The notes: generated from the letters alone by a model not told the origin. DNA of 64,000 bases from Octopus sinensis (GCF_006345805.1 NW_021833278.1:13182-77181); one strand, 5' to 3'. Numbered from the stretch's first letter, positions 1 through 14,067 are shown. Made by a program: numbers and translations.

Positions 1-111
1 CGCTTCGGCAAAAATACATGAATTTTGTGAACATTTACACTTACCACAATGCCCTCACCGGAAGTTAAGCAACATGTCTGTGCGTGTGCGAATATATGTA
101 TATATGCATGC

Positions 112-840
<729 letters not shown>

Positions 841-1016
841 CTGTACGTATGCGTGTATAAACATTTCTGGCATGGTTGTTTCCTGAAGGGGATGAATTTG
901 TGATCTATCGTGATAACAAATTAGTTTTCATGTCATATCCATATCCATATATATATATATATATATATGCATAACTGCACACACGTACATATCGTATATA
1001 AGATATATATATATAC

Positions 1017-1075
<59 letters not shown>

Positions 1076-1499
1076 ATATAATATAAATGATATAATATAA
1101 TATGATGTGATGTATGTGTGTGTGTGTGGTGTGTATGTATGTGGTGTGTGTGTGTGTATGTGTGTGTGTGTGGTATGTATTATTTTCATTTTGCAAGAGA
1201 CATCCATTGAGAGATTTTGTTCCACGTAAAGCAAACAAAAAAAATAAAATAAAATAAAAAGAAACATGAAACATTGCCAAAAACAAACAATAAACAACAC
1301 AGCCAGCAACAACAGCAACAACAACAACAAGATGCTGCTGCTGATGAAGATGAGGATGATAATGATTGAGAACATCAAGCAAAAAAAAAAAAAAAAAAAA
1401 AACAAAAAAAAACTTGCCAGAGAGGAAAAACTAAAGGAACAACCAACAAACCAGAATGTGAACGAAGCAGAGAGTCATTATTTAAACCTCTAACATTGT

Positions 1500-1530
<31 letters not shown>

Positions 1531-1790
1531 CTTTGCGCTTGTTTGTAAGTGTGTGTGTGTGTATGTGTGTGTGTGTCATTGCGCGTGTTTGTAAGTGTGT
1601 GCTTGTGCGTGCGTGCATGTGTATGTGTTGTGGTTAGAACCACAATATACACACTTCAATATAATACATACTCATGCTCTTGTATATACACACACGCACA
1701 CACACACAAACACACACACATACACACGCCATGATAGATCGCTAGCCACTACACATTCTTTATTTTCTCTCCTTGTTTCTTTCTGTGTTC

Positions 1791-1925
1791 CTTTCTGTGG
1801 AAGAGCGTAGGCTCGAAACGTTAACGACTTTTTCACTTCCCAAGCGTTATACTAATACATCTTTACCACCTGTCTATACCACCTGTCTCCGTCTTTTGAT
1901 CTTTTTTTTTGTGAATTCTCCTTGT
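1791..1925 (+). mobile_element. Penelope-like terminal-repeat fragment with a degenerate minimal hammerhead motif
   Basis: cttt-CTGTGGA-A-GAGC-gtag-GCTC-GAA-ACGT-T; the same gaagagcgtaggctcgaaacgt motif and downstream tail recur at ~44360 and ~44805. Confidence 0.5.
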
Positions 1926-1929
1926 ATGC

Positions 1930-1964
<35 letters not shown>

Positions 1965-2184
1965 TAATCCAAACAAGAAAGCCCCAAAAAACACAACAAC
2001 GCGAGGACGTGGAACAAATATAGTATTATTGGACGCTCAGGAAAGAAGGAAAGAAGGAGGGTTTAACGTTTCGAGCGGAGCTCTTCGTTGGAAACATAGG
2101 AGAAGGAAAGATCCAGAGAAGGCAAAACAGAGGGAAAAAAAATCGACAACGGTACACACGAGGTCACATTTTGAATATATACAT

Positions 2185-2313
<129 letters not shown>

Positions 2314-2328
2314 ATATACATGTATATA

Positions 2329-2379
<51 letters not shown>

Positions 2380-2659
2380 TATATTCATCATCTGATGGAA
2401 ACAAACAAGATTGTTTTCGATGCGTTGAAATGTATTGTAGAACAAGTAGATAGATAAATTTTAATCAACGTGTAGATATTGAACAGTATATATATGTATA
2501 AAAGATAAAATCCCTTTTTCCTGCTTTTAAAAGAAAAAAAAATAAGGATTTTATCCTTTATACATTTATATACTGTTCAGTATCTACACGTTGATTAAAA
2601 TTTATCTTTCTACTTGCTCTATGTATATGTATATATATGTATATATATGTATATACATA

Positions 2660-2842
2660 CAGTTCTATATTTAAGAGATGAGGAACTATGTACATTATTT
2701 ACATTATTTACAATTGACGGATATTTGTACTCATCTTGTTTGTTGTTAACACAACGCTTCGGCTGATATATCCTCCAGCCTTCATCAGGTGTCTTGGGGA
2801 AATTTCGAACCTTGGGTTCTCATTCCTAAGGTATTTTTCGAT
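2660..2842 (-). mobile_element. Penelope-like repeat fragment carrying a minimal type I hammerhead (2749-2792)
   Basis: Minus strand ACAC-CTGATGA-A-GGCTG-(10 nt)-CAGCC-GAA-GCGT-T-GTGT. Confidence 0.6.
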
Positions 2843-2858
2843 GCTGTTGTTGTTGTCG

Positions 2859-2894
<36 letters not shown>

Positions 2895-2921
2895 ACACCA
2901 CCATCATCATTATTATTATTA

Positions 2922-2975
<54 letters not shown>

Positions 2976-3039
2976 TATTATTATTATATTATTATTATTA
3001 TTATTATTATTATCATTATTATTATCATTATTCAGATCA

Positions 3040-3134
3040 CTGCCTCGAATCGAACTCGAAATCTTGGGGTTAGTAGGCTGCGCTCTTAACCACTACGCCA
3101 TATGCCCTTGGGCATATGGCGTAATAGTTAAGAG
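3040..3134 (-). mobile_element. tRNA-derived SINE head followed by an inverted partial copy (hairpin)
   Basis: Minus strand TGGCGTAGTGG (A-box-like) and GAGTTCGATTC (B-box-like); 25-bp arms 3083-3107 and 3110-3134 with 2 mismatches. Confidence 0.65.
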
Positions 3135-3339
3135 TCTCCTGAGGCTAAATTACAGCAACATTCGTCCTAAACCAGGACTGCCATGTTATGCTGGCAAATG
3201 ATCTTTACTCTAGAGTACTGTTGCTGAATATTTCCCGTTGGAAGATTTACTAAAAGTAATTTTCCATAGTATGAAAAAAGGTGTTGACGCATCTTCTGTT
3301 TTTTGCGTTTGTCTTCATCTTATCTTTTACTTCTTCCTT

Positions 3340-3700
3340 TGAAAAGTTCAATTCCGGTGGTAACAGAGTGAAACTATTTGAAAAGGTTCTGGCCACCAGT
3401 TTCCCCACAATCTTATATCGATGTTAGCCATTCTGAAAGTTGAATTTAGCTGGTCTTTGTAATGGCAGAAAGGACAACATCGTACTCCTTGTTCCTTTCG
3501 CCCTTCATAGATGAGATGATCGATTTCATCTTAATATTCTTTTGTCATCGAAAAGACTAAAAGCAGACTAAAACGTGTACATAAAACTGCTTGTACATCG
3601 CTTCTAAGTCTCTTAGCTACAAAGCCAAGTATTCCAGAAACAAGCAAGAGCAGGATCGTGGCTTCGCAACGGGCGGTTGTGATTTCCGAATTTCCTTCTT
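3340..3700 (-). mobile_element. Degenerate RTE-like LINE fragment (RT C-terminal region)
   Basis: Manual minus-strand translation gives DDKRIL...YEGRKEQGVR...HYKDQLNSTFRMANID..W, resembling the RTE MxDxRIP...LYGE...RYKD...NID..W tail; stops and frameshifts present. Confidence 0.4.
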
Positions 3701-3972
3701 TTCGAGTAATATCTAAAGAAAGACTCAACGCCCACGACTCCCAGTTGTTGGATGGTCATTGACTCTCCTGAGCTTATCCATCCTTTGACAGGTTTTGTCT
3801 TTCATTCTACAGGATGGCTTGGTAGGGCTATCGGTTTAGTCGCCGATGGCCCGGCCATGGGATAGTCTGTACTGCGTTATGGGTAGCACTAAGAGTGACC
3901 CGAGACACACACACACACACACACACACCACACACACACACAGACTTATACACATAATATAATACATAAAAT

Positions 3973-4340
3973 AGGCGACGGGCTGGCGGAAATGTTAGCG
4001 CGCTGGGCGAAATGCTTAGCGGTATTTCGTCTGCCACTACGTTCTGAGTTCAAATTCCGCTGAGGTCGACTTTGCCTTTCATCCTTTCGGGGTCGATTAA
4101 ATAGGTACCAGTTACGCACTGGAGTCGATGTAATCGACTTGATCCGTTTGTCTCCTCTGTGTTTAGCCCCTTGTGGGTAGTAAAGAAATAGGTATTTCGT
4201 CTGTTTTTACGTTCTGAATTCAAATTCCGCCGAGGTCGACTTTCGGGGTCGATAAATAAAGTACCAGCTGTGTACTGGGGTCGATGTAATCGACTGGCCC
4301 CCTCCCCCAAAATTTGGGGCCTTGTGCCTCGAGCAGAAAA
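3973..4340 (+). mobile_element. Octopus tRNA-derived SINE, family 1 (OK/OR-type; exact family not determined), dimeric copy
   Basis: ggcgagctggcagaa...gttctgagttcaaattccgccgaggtcgactttgcctttcatcc core, repeated dozens of times in the window. Confidence 0.85.
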
Positions 4341-4952
4341 ATATATAATGCATATAATATATATAGTTACGTGTATGCATATATATATGATGCTGTTATG
4401 ATGAGAATATTTTCATAATGTATTCCCCCCCCCAAAAAAAAGTGCATCAAATAATAGCTAGAAAAAAATTTATTCCAAATGGGAAAGTAATTCAAAATAT
4501 AATAGATTTGTTAGGTTTTTTATATGTTTTCCACGTTTCTCTTACACGTCTTAGCTATACATTTTTCATAAATAATACGATAGACGTATTGTAGTTTTTT
4601 CTTGCCGGCATTTTTCTTTGCCATCAACCGTATCATAGTTTCGTCAACACGCTCAATAATTCAGTTATGTGGCGTTATGATAATGCCGAGCAGAAACCAC
4701 CCGGCGAGAGGGTGGCTGTGATTGTTTTCTGCTCGTGTGTTCAATAAATATTTAGCTAATTCCATTGTGAAAATATAACCCGTGGATAAAACAATACTAT
4801 AGCTTTAGGTTATATCTTCACAGCGCTACTAAATATTTCTTTATTGAGGATATCAAGTATCATTTGAATTTTCACAAATACATAAACATATATTTGGCTG
4901 TGACGTCTTCTCATCGACTTGGAGGCTTTATATGTATATATATATATATATG

Positions 4953-5005
<53 letters not shown>

Positions 5006-5120
5006 ATACAGAGAGACAGAGAGAAAGAGAGACAAACAAATAAACAGATATAGTACATATAGGTATATCCACGTATATACATTATATACATTTATTTATG
5101 TATGTACACACACACACATA

Positions 5121-5151
<31 letters not shown>

Positions 5152-5202
5152 CACAACACACACACACACACACACACACATACACACACATACACATATA
5201 TA

Positions 5203-6029
5203 AGCAAGGTGCGATGAGTATATTGTCGTCTATATTACGCAAAAATGAGAATAACACTGACATCTCATTTTAACAGATATATTTACCAAAATTGCATAAA
5301 AATATCTTGAAATACCAAAGAGCAAATGTATTCAATAAAATCGCCATCAGCTTCAACCACGGCCTTCAGACGCCTTCGGAATCTCTTGCATCTCTTCTGG
5401 ACAGTCTCCTTGGTTATGTTGGTGAATGCTGCCATAATCTTTGCCTTCAGTTCATATTTGGTGTTACAAGGAATTTTGTCGGTCTCTCGCCCCACACACA
5501 GTAATCAAGGGGGTTGCAGTCTGGGGAGTTAGGTGGCCAAAATGTTAGTGGAAATTGTCTGACAGCCATGACTGGGTTCCCCTGCTTGTATGGCGTGGTG
5601 CAGAATCCTGTTGCCACACATAGGGTGTTCCAGCAGCCACCCTCTTGACCCAGGCACTTGATGTACGACTCTGTGTTGAGTCTGAGGCCGTGTGGGAAGA
5701 TGAATGGAGACATAACATTGCCATCACTAGTGATCACTCCAAACACCATGATGCTGATTGGCTGTTCGATTTTTATCACTCTTGGTACATGTTTTGGGGA
5801 CACGGCAAGCCAACGGTTGTTCTGTGTGTTCCCCATCTGTTCATATTGGAGCTTCTGGTCCGAATGCCAATCATTACAGCATGTCATTTCCAAATTTCTG
5901 GCAGAGTGAATTGCACCATGGTGCTGTTTTTCTCGCAGGCGGTGCCCAACTGACCCTACTATACTGTGTAGTCGATAAAATCAAAAACAAACAATGCGCA
6001 CGCGTGAAATTTACCCATCGCATCCTGTA
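5203..6029 (-). mobile_element. Internally deleted Tc1/mariner element (DD37D/maT-like) with transposase remnant
   Basis: Minus-strand peptides VMVFGVITSDG, QQDSAPRHTS and WPPNSPDCNPLDY; imperfect ~25-bp TIRs (caaggtgcgatgagtatattg / aatttacccatcgcatcctg) flanked by TA. Confidence 0.85.
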
Positions 6030-6030
6030 T

Positions 6031-6542
6031 ATACTGACATCTCAAAAATAAATAAGCATCATTCATTATACCCACTTCTTTGTCTGGGGCTTCGAAAGAT
6101 GTTGATGTATTATTATAAGATATTATGGGATTATAGGAGATCAAATGCTCACAGCAAAAAGCCGTGCTGCGAACACAAGAAACAAAATTGTATTGTGAGT
6201 CAACCTGAAGGTGGACTTAGTACAAAGAGTGTACAGAACCTTGGAATTCCTCTTGCTATAGTTAACAGAGCGATTGTACAAACAAATAACCAGTAAAAGA
6301 AAGGATTCAACAAGTTCCAGCTCAGGTTGACCATGGCCTTCTGATCAAAATGTTGTTCAACATGTGGTATGCAGCCGAGTCAGAAATTTCGCAGGAGATA
6401 ATTTCTGAACTTATTAGTTCGATACCCAAACGGGTTTAATCACTGAGAACTGCACAAGGAATATTTTGGTTCTAGACACTATTTTGGTTCTAGACAGAAA
6501 CTGTTAAAAATGGCGTCTATTTACTTTTGGCATGTCTGTGTA
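6031..6542 (+). mobile_element. Non-autonomous Tc1-like element with a C-terminal transposase remnant
   Basis: TIR-like ends tactgacatctcaaaaataaata / tatttacttttggcatgtctgtgta; plus-strand WYAAESEISQEIISELISSIPKRV resembles the Tc1 C-terminus. Confidence 0.6.
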
Positions 6543-6638
6543 TGTATTTTGTAAAAAGGATTTGTTTGTCTCTGCCAAAGATGAAAGACGAACCGCCATT
6601 AATCATATACTACAGAGCGTGATTTAGAACACACGTAT

Positions 6639-6683
<45 letters not shown>

Positions 6684-8949
6684 TATTAATGTAACACAGT
6701 AACTTAAAACCTAGTGAAGCTACCAGTCTTGCTCAAATTCCCGCCAGAGTTCTGACGGGAATTTGAGCATTCGCCAGCCTTCTTTGCTTCGCTATATTTT
6801 TCCATACCAGAGGAATATTGCATCTGTTTCGTAGACATAAAAGGAGACTTCAAAAAGGATATATTTCCTTATTGGACGTCATCAGAAATGAATTGAGGTC
6901 ACCAGGCCACAAACAACTTGCAAAACAATCAGATCGAATGTGAAATCATTCCGATCAAATTATAACACAGGTGATAACCCCGACACAATCTTTTTTCTCA
7001 AGGAACAACCAGCTTTCTGTAGGCCACGGATGTATGTGTCATGGTTGTCACATGAAAGGAGCTTAAAACTGAAGATGTAGAATAATGTAGGTGTCTTTGA
7101 CACCTCAAAATACAAATAAATAAAAAATAAAACTCAGTGAAAACTAGCGACTGATTGAAGATCAAACGGATAAAATTCCATGATATAAACATTGACAATG
7201 TATTTACGCATTATTGCTGTTGCCAAATCGGCTCTGATTTAGGTAGATCTATGGTCACGGGTATTGCAGCTGGGACTATTTCGTGTTTTATTGGGATAGG
7301 GAATAAATTGAGGGATTATTTGGCTATTGTTTTCAGAAGATTAACGTATTATACGTTATTGTGATTATTTAGCACCAAACCAGCTCTGATCCGGCAAACC
7401 TATTTTGTTCAGGTCTCAATATAATCGTTAATATTGACCCCCTGGGGAAAGGTTTATGTGGCTATCCAAGGGGTTGATTTTCCAACAATATCAACATAAT
7501 ATAACGGAATTTTTATTGTTATTTATCAATTTCGTTAAGTATTTTCATTAATTTTTTAAAAATTATTTCTTATTGAAATCGATAATGACACAAAAGAATG
7601 AAGAAATTAATGTTTTTAAATGAAGAAAATATTTTTATTAATTGTAATTTTTAACGATTCCACGAAAGGGGTCAAGATATAAGCCTGCTGACCCCTTATT
7701 TTGTGTATCTTTCCCTAAAACGGTAGTGCATACTTTAAGGGTTATTTGGCTACCGTTTCTAGCAAATCACAATATCTATGAAATCGTGTTGTTCTTTAGC
7801 CCCAGGCCGGCTCTGAGGAAGTACACCAATGATCAAAGGTGTTTCAATAGGAAACACACTCTTGTTTATTCAGGTAGATATTTTCTCCGCACGTCTACGG
7901 AAACACATAATTGAAAATATTTTTAACTTCTATGGATGCACATACTCGAACATAACATCAGTTTTGCATTGTGGAATCATTAGAAACACATTAGTTTTTA
8001 GGATTTTAGCTCTTATTTCTAGCAATATAGGTGTTTACAACACCCAAGACATATTTAGTAACAATCATTGTTTACCTGTGTGTGTGTGTGTATAGATACG
8101 TGTGCATGTATGTATATATGCATTTATGTACACACAAATATATGATGCTTTTGTCTCTCGTCATATGCATGTGTATATCTAGGTACGCTTGCACGTAACT
8201 AACGGTCTGAGCATGTCTGTAACGTATATCTATGGAAGTGTATATGTGTGTGTGTGTTTGCGCGCCGCGTGCGTCTGTCTGTCTGTGTATGTGTATACGC
8301 TCATGGATTCGTATATATTCATACATCGTGTAATGATGCTAAGCTTGTACAGAAACAAATGCAACACGATTTCACATCTTCAAGAAGGCGGTCAACTGCG
8401 GAAGAGAAGCAGAGAGAGAGAGAAAGAGAGAGAGCGAAAAAAAAAACAACGAAAAAGACATTGCAAAACACTGCCAGGTGACGCTCGGATATAGAACCGT
8501 GTTGGATGGATAGGCATTTCAAGAGCAACGGAATTGGACATTAAGAGATGCTTATTTACTAAAACAATACTTACCGTTCGCTAGGAGACGCTCGCCAGTT
8601 CCGTTAGAACGCGGGGTGTTTACTTGAGCAAGTTTAGCAACGATCTTTTTTATCTCTTCCTTCAGACGCCTCCAGAAATCTCCTTCATTCCAAGAAATCG
8701 CTTCGTAGAATTCATTTATTTTAACACCACTCTTGTTTGTCTTTCTGTCTATTCTTACCGATTCGACCACGGCTGTCATCTGATTTTGTATGTATGTATG
8801 TCTGTCTGTATATATGTGTTAGTCTGTCTCTCTCTGCTCGTATAAATGCATGTGTTTATAAATGTATGTATGTATAAATATATGTATTATGTCTGTATAT
8901 ATGTGTGTGTGTGTGTATAAGTATATGTGTGTGTGTATAAGTATATGTG

Positions 8950-9315
8950 TGTGTGTCTAAGTTTATGTGTGTGTGTCTTTATGTATGTACGGAGTTATGT
9001 GTCTGTGTGTATAAGTTTACGTGTGTGTGTCTTTATGTATGTACGGAGTTATGTGTGTGTGTATAAGTTTATGTGTGTGTGTCTTTATGTATGTACGGAG
9101 TTATGTGTCTGTGTGTATAAGTTTACGTGTGTGTGTCTTTATGTATGTACGGAGTTATGTGTGTGTGTATAAGTTTACGTGTGTGTGTCTTTATGTATGT
9201 ACGGAGTTATGTGTGTGTGTATAAGTTTACGTGTGTGTATCTTTATGTATGTACGGAGTTATGTGTGTGTGTATAAGTTTATGTGTGTGTGTCTATGTAT
9301 GTACGGAGTTACGTG
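8950..9315. repeat. Minisatellite, ~7 units of 50-54 bp
   Basis: Anchor acggagtt at 8989, 9043, 9095, 9149, 9201, 9253 and 9303. Confidence 0.9.
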
Positions 9316-9938
9316 CATGTATCAAGTGTATGTATTTATATATCTATAAATGTATAAATGTATGTATATATTATGGCTATATGTACGCTTTTATGGATAT
9401 TAAATGCATGTATATATATATATAAATGTATATATATGTATATGTATATATATATGAGTGTGTGTGTGCGTCTGTGTATGCTTTTTATATTCGTTTTTAT
9501 TGACAAATTTTCATGTATGTTATATATACACAAATATATATATATATATATACACACAAATAAATGCCTGTTATCATCATATACAATATATATATGTGTG
9601 GTTGTATGTACGCATAGAATGTATAGGCAGCGATTAGGCCCAGTCTATAGAGAGCCTGGCAATATTCGTTGAGACAGTCTCGAAGATCTAAGTTCAAATA
9701 CTGCCGAGGTCAACTTCGTCTTTCATGCTTTCTGGGTACTGTGTTTGGGTCGGTTCCTGCTTTGCTTTGTTTGTTTATCTCTATGTCATTTTCTAGCAGA
9801 AAACGGGTAGGTTCAGAGCTGCAGAAGGACAGGTTCCGCAGTGTCTTAAACGTGGTCCAGTTAACCAGTGTAACGTCACGTTGTCCTCACGATACCATTA
9901 ATAATTGAGGCTGCAGGACAAGGCAATGTGCATATATA

Positions 9939-10321
9939 TCTCTCTCTATATAAACGGCAGTTTGTCTGTCGTGTTTCTGTGTGTCTGTTTGCTTGTACCC
10001 TCACCCTGACCACGGCTTTCAACCGATTCTGATGAAACTTGACACACACATAGCCCAATGTCATAATTCAAAACTAACGTAGCGAAAATTTTGAAAAGTT
10101 CCCCCAGTTCTGAAAAAAATCGATAAATTCGACATGGGGTCGAGAATCAGAAACACAAACCGCAAACTGTCTAGGGGACGCAGCTCCACCTTTTTTCACT
10201 CTCAAAAAGAATTTACCATCATTTTTTTCCATTTTTTTGCTATTTTTTGGCTATAACTCTCTAAAAATGCTTTATAGTTATTTCCCTTACAAACCTGAGC
10301 AACGCCGGGCGATACTGCTAG
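9939..10321 (+). mobile_element. Non-autonomous Helitron
   Basis: 5' TC start after A, 3' hairpin-like cctgagcaacgccggg about 10 nt before terminal CTAG, followed by T (A|T target, no TSD). Confidence 0.7.
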
Positions 10322-10721
10322 TTATAAATACATGTATACACAAACACATACACACACACACACATCCTTTAGAGATTAGTGGTTCTGATGAATCTTCAAT
10401 ATATTGAGATATCTGTAGAATTTCTTGTTTATATTGTATTATAGATGTTCTCTTTGATATTGTCATATTCTGTTTGCAATCTTGTTTTGCTTATATATGT
10501 ATGTATATATGTATGTATGTATATATATATATATATATATTTACACACACACACACACACTCACACATATACATACATACTTACATATATATATATTGAT
10601 AAAAAGGGTAAGATAACAAAAGAAAGAAAGAGACCTCGATATTATGTAATTAGAAGAATTTATCTGTAAATGTAATGTGACAATTATTCGGTAGCCATAT
10701 ATATATATATATGTGTGTGTG

Positions 10722-10770
<49 letters not shown>

Positions 10771-10964
10771 TGTGTGTGTGTGTAAGATTATTCTTCAAAT
10801 TCTTTCAATAAAGACAGGATGCTAATTAAAACAAAAACCAAAACAAAACCAATAAAAAAACAGAAAAGGAATCTTAGATTGTTCATTGGTATCAATCAAA
10901 GACAACAGTGTACAAATAATATCAGCAGATTCAGAAATGTCTTTTATATGTCTTCAGCGTCTCG

Positions 10965-11480
10965 CATAATGGCAGAGTTTCTTCTGGTCCTTCACGTTTT
11001 GAGTTCAAATTCCACCGAGGTCAACTTTGCCTTTCATCCTTTCTAGGTCGATAAAATAAATACCAGTTAAGCACTGGGGTCGATGTAATCGAATAGACCC
11101 CTCCCCACAAATTTCAGGACTTGTGCCTATAGAAGAAAGGATTATTATTAGGGTGGTGCGTTGGCAGAGTCATTAGGCCGTCGGACAAAATGCTTAGCGT
11201 CATTTCTTCCGGAACTTTACGTTCTGAGTTCAAATACCGCCGGGGTCGACTTTACCTTTCACACTCTCGGAATCGATGAAATAAGTACCATTTGAGCAAT
11301 GGTGAGGTGGCCTGGGGGAGGGGTGTGATCGATGTAATCGAATAGCCCCTTCCCCTCAAAATTGGTGCCCGTGTTCAAATTCCACTGGCGTCAGCTTTGT
11401 CTTTCATCTCCTTGGGGGTCGATAAAATAATTACCAGTCAAATACAGACATTGATGTGATTGAGTTGTCCCCTCTCCGAA
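10965..11480 (+). mobile_element. Cluster of SINE family 1 copies (partly diverged)
   Basis: Three partial matches to the family 1 core. Confidence 0.75.
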
Positions 11481-11552
11481 AAACAGCTAACCATGTACAA
11501 AAGTTTTAATCTCTCTCTCTCCCTCTCTCTCTCTCTCTCTGTATATATCTAT

Positions 11553-11599
<47 letters not shown>

Positions 11600-11619
11600 C
11601 ATATATATACATATATACA

Positions 11620-12029
11620 TCTTTTACATCTTTTATTTGTTTCAGTCATTTGACTGCGTCTATGCTGGAGCACCGCCTTTAGTCGAGCAAATCGACCCCA
11701 GGACTTATTCTTTGTAAGCCTAGTACTTATTCTATCGGTCGTTTTTGCCGGACCACTAAGTTACGGGACGCAAACACACCAACATCGGTTGTCAAGCGAT
11801 GTTGGGGAACAAACACAGACACGCACACACACACACACATATATATATATATAATATATATATACATACGACGGGCTTCTTTCAGTTTCCGTCTACCAAA
11901 TTCACTAACAAGGCTTTGGTCGGCCCGAGGCTATAGTAGAAGACACTTACCTAAGGTGCCACGCAGTGAGATTGAACCCGGAACCATGTGGTTGGTAAGC
12001 AAGCTACTTACCACACAGCCACTCCTGCG
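11620..12029 (-). mobile_element. Octopus SINE family 2 (tRNA head, internal microsatellite, conserved 3' tail)
   Basis: Reverse complement of the copies at 38670-39080 and 58585-58985. Confidence 0.85.
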
Positions 12030-12199
12030 GCTACATATATATATATATTACCGAAGAGTCCCAATAAATGAACGCTAGCGCTAAATAAAGAATTATCCAA
12101 AATTCTGACTGCTACCATTTTTTAATATACAAAATCACTGCTAAAAATCTATACATACATACATACATACATACATACATACATACATACATACATACA

Positions 12200-12231
<32 letters not shown>

Positions 12232-12281
12232 CAGATATATACATACATACATATACAGATATATACATACAGACAGACTGG

Positions 12282-12333
<52 letters not shown>

Positions 12334-12608
12334 AAGAGATACATATCTGTGGGTATCTGCCTTTGTGTTTGTCCCCTAAACTGGTATCGACAACTAGTGT
12401 TGGTTTGTTTACGTCCCCGTAACCTACAAGTTCGGTAAAAGGGACCAACAAAATAAATATCAGGCAGGGGTTGATGATTTGTCCGACTAAAACCTTTCAA
12501 GGCGGTGCCCAACATGGCCGCAGTCCAATAACTGAAATAAGCAAATGATAAAAGATACTTGTAAATTCAATTGACCAAACAACTGAATCCTCATTGTCGA
12601 GCGACGGA

Positions 12609-13463
12609 GACCCATAACCAGTCTTACATTGCAATGAATTTTGAGGACTATTGCCCCACGATCTCGAAGTGAAAATCTCTTCAGAAGGAATGATTATTTG
12701 TATGACCCATAACCAGTCTTACATTGCAATGAATTTTGAGGACTATTGCCCCACGATCTCGAAGTGAAAATCTCTTCAGAAGGAATGATTATTTGTATGA
12801 CCCATAACCAGTCTTACATTGTAATGAATTTTGAGGACTTTTGTCCCACGATCTCGAAGTGAACATCTCTTCAGAAGGAATGATTATTTGTATGACCCAT
12901 AACCAGTCTTACATTGCAATGAATTTTGAGGACTATTACCCCACGATCTCGAAGTGAAAATCTCTTCAGAAGGAATGATCATTTGTATGACCCATAACCA
13001 GTCTTACATTGTAATGAATTTTGAGGACTATTGCCCAACGATCTCGAAGTGAAAATCTCTTCAGAAGGAATGATCATTTGTATGACCCATAACCAGTCTT
13101 ACATTGTAATGAATTTTGAGGACTATTGTCCCACGATCTCGAAGTGAAAATCTCTTCAGAAGGAATGATTATTTGTATGACCCATAACCAGTCTTACATT
13201 GCAATGAATTTTGAGGACTATTGCCCAACGATCTCGAAGTGAAAAATCTCATCAGAAGGAATGATTATTTGTATGACCCATAACCAGTCTTACATTGTAA
13301 TAAATTTTGAGAACTTTTGCCCCACGATCTCGAAGTGAAAATCTCTTCAGAAGGAATGATTATTTGTATGACCCATAACCAGTCTTACATTGTAATAAAT
13401 TTTGAGAACTTTTGCCCCACGATCTCGAAGTGAAAATCTCTTCAGAAGGAATGATCATTTGCA
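12609..13463. repeat. Tandem array, 9 x 95 bp
   Basis: Anchor gacccataacc at 12609, 12704, 12799, 12894, 12989, 13084, 13179, 13275 and 13370; no spacers. Confidence 0.97.
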
Positions 13464-13811
13464 TGCTTGTTAACAATCGCTAAAGCTAGCTTAACGTCTA
13501 CAGTTCACAATAGAAGCTGATCGCCACATAAGACTACGGGATCTCAGTCATGTCTGCGTATTGTTCGCATTGTTCTAGTCACCAGAACACAGCGTGAACC
13601 CGTCAGAAGAATCGGTAGACTATCCAAGTTCTCAGCAAGACGGCACAAACGATTGATGCGAAGGCGATGTTTTCGGCGAGAAGATATCAACCCTCTCCCT
13701 CCCTCCGTTCCGTCTACAATTCATTCCACTCGAAATTTTACATTTGTGCCATGTGTGTGTGTGTGTATGTGTGTGTATGTATGTGTGTGTGTGTATATAT
13801 ATATATGTATA

Positions 13812-13859
<48 letters not shown>

Positions 13860-13998
13860 ATAATCTATCTTATCTATATAGGTGGCATATCTTATCTATC
13901 TATCTAAATCTATATCTATCTATCTATCTATCTATCTACCTATATATATATATACATACATATATATATATATACTTATGTGTGTGTGCGTGCGTGTG

Positions 13999-14040
<42 letters not shown>

Positions 14041-14067
14041 TAATACATATATTTATGTATATATGTG

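Noticed and set aside
12609-13463. Regular repeat array resembling CRISPR
   Set aside because: Contiguous 95-bp units with no unique spacers, no cas genes, eukaryotic context.
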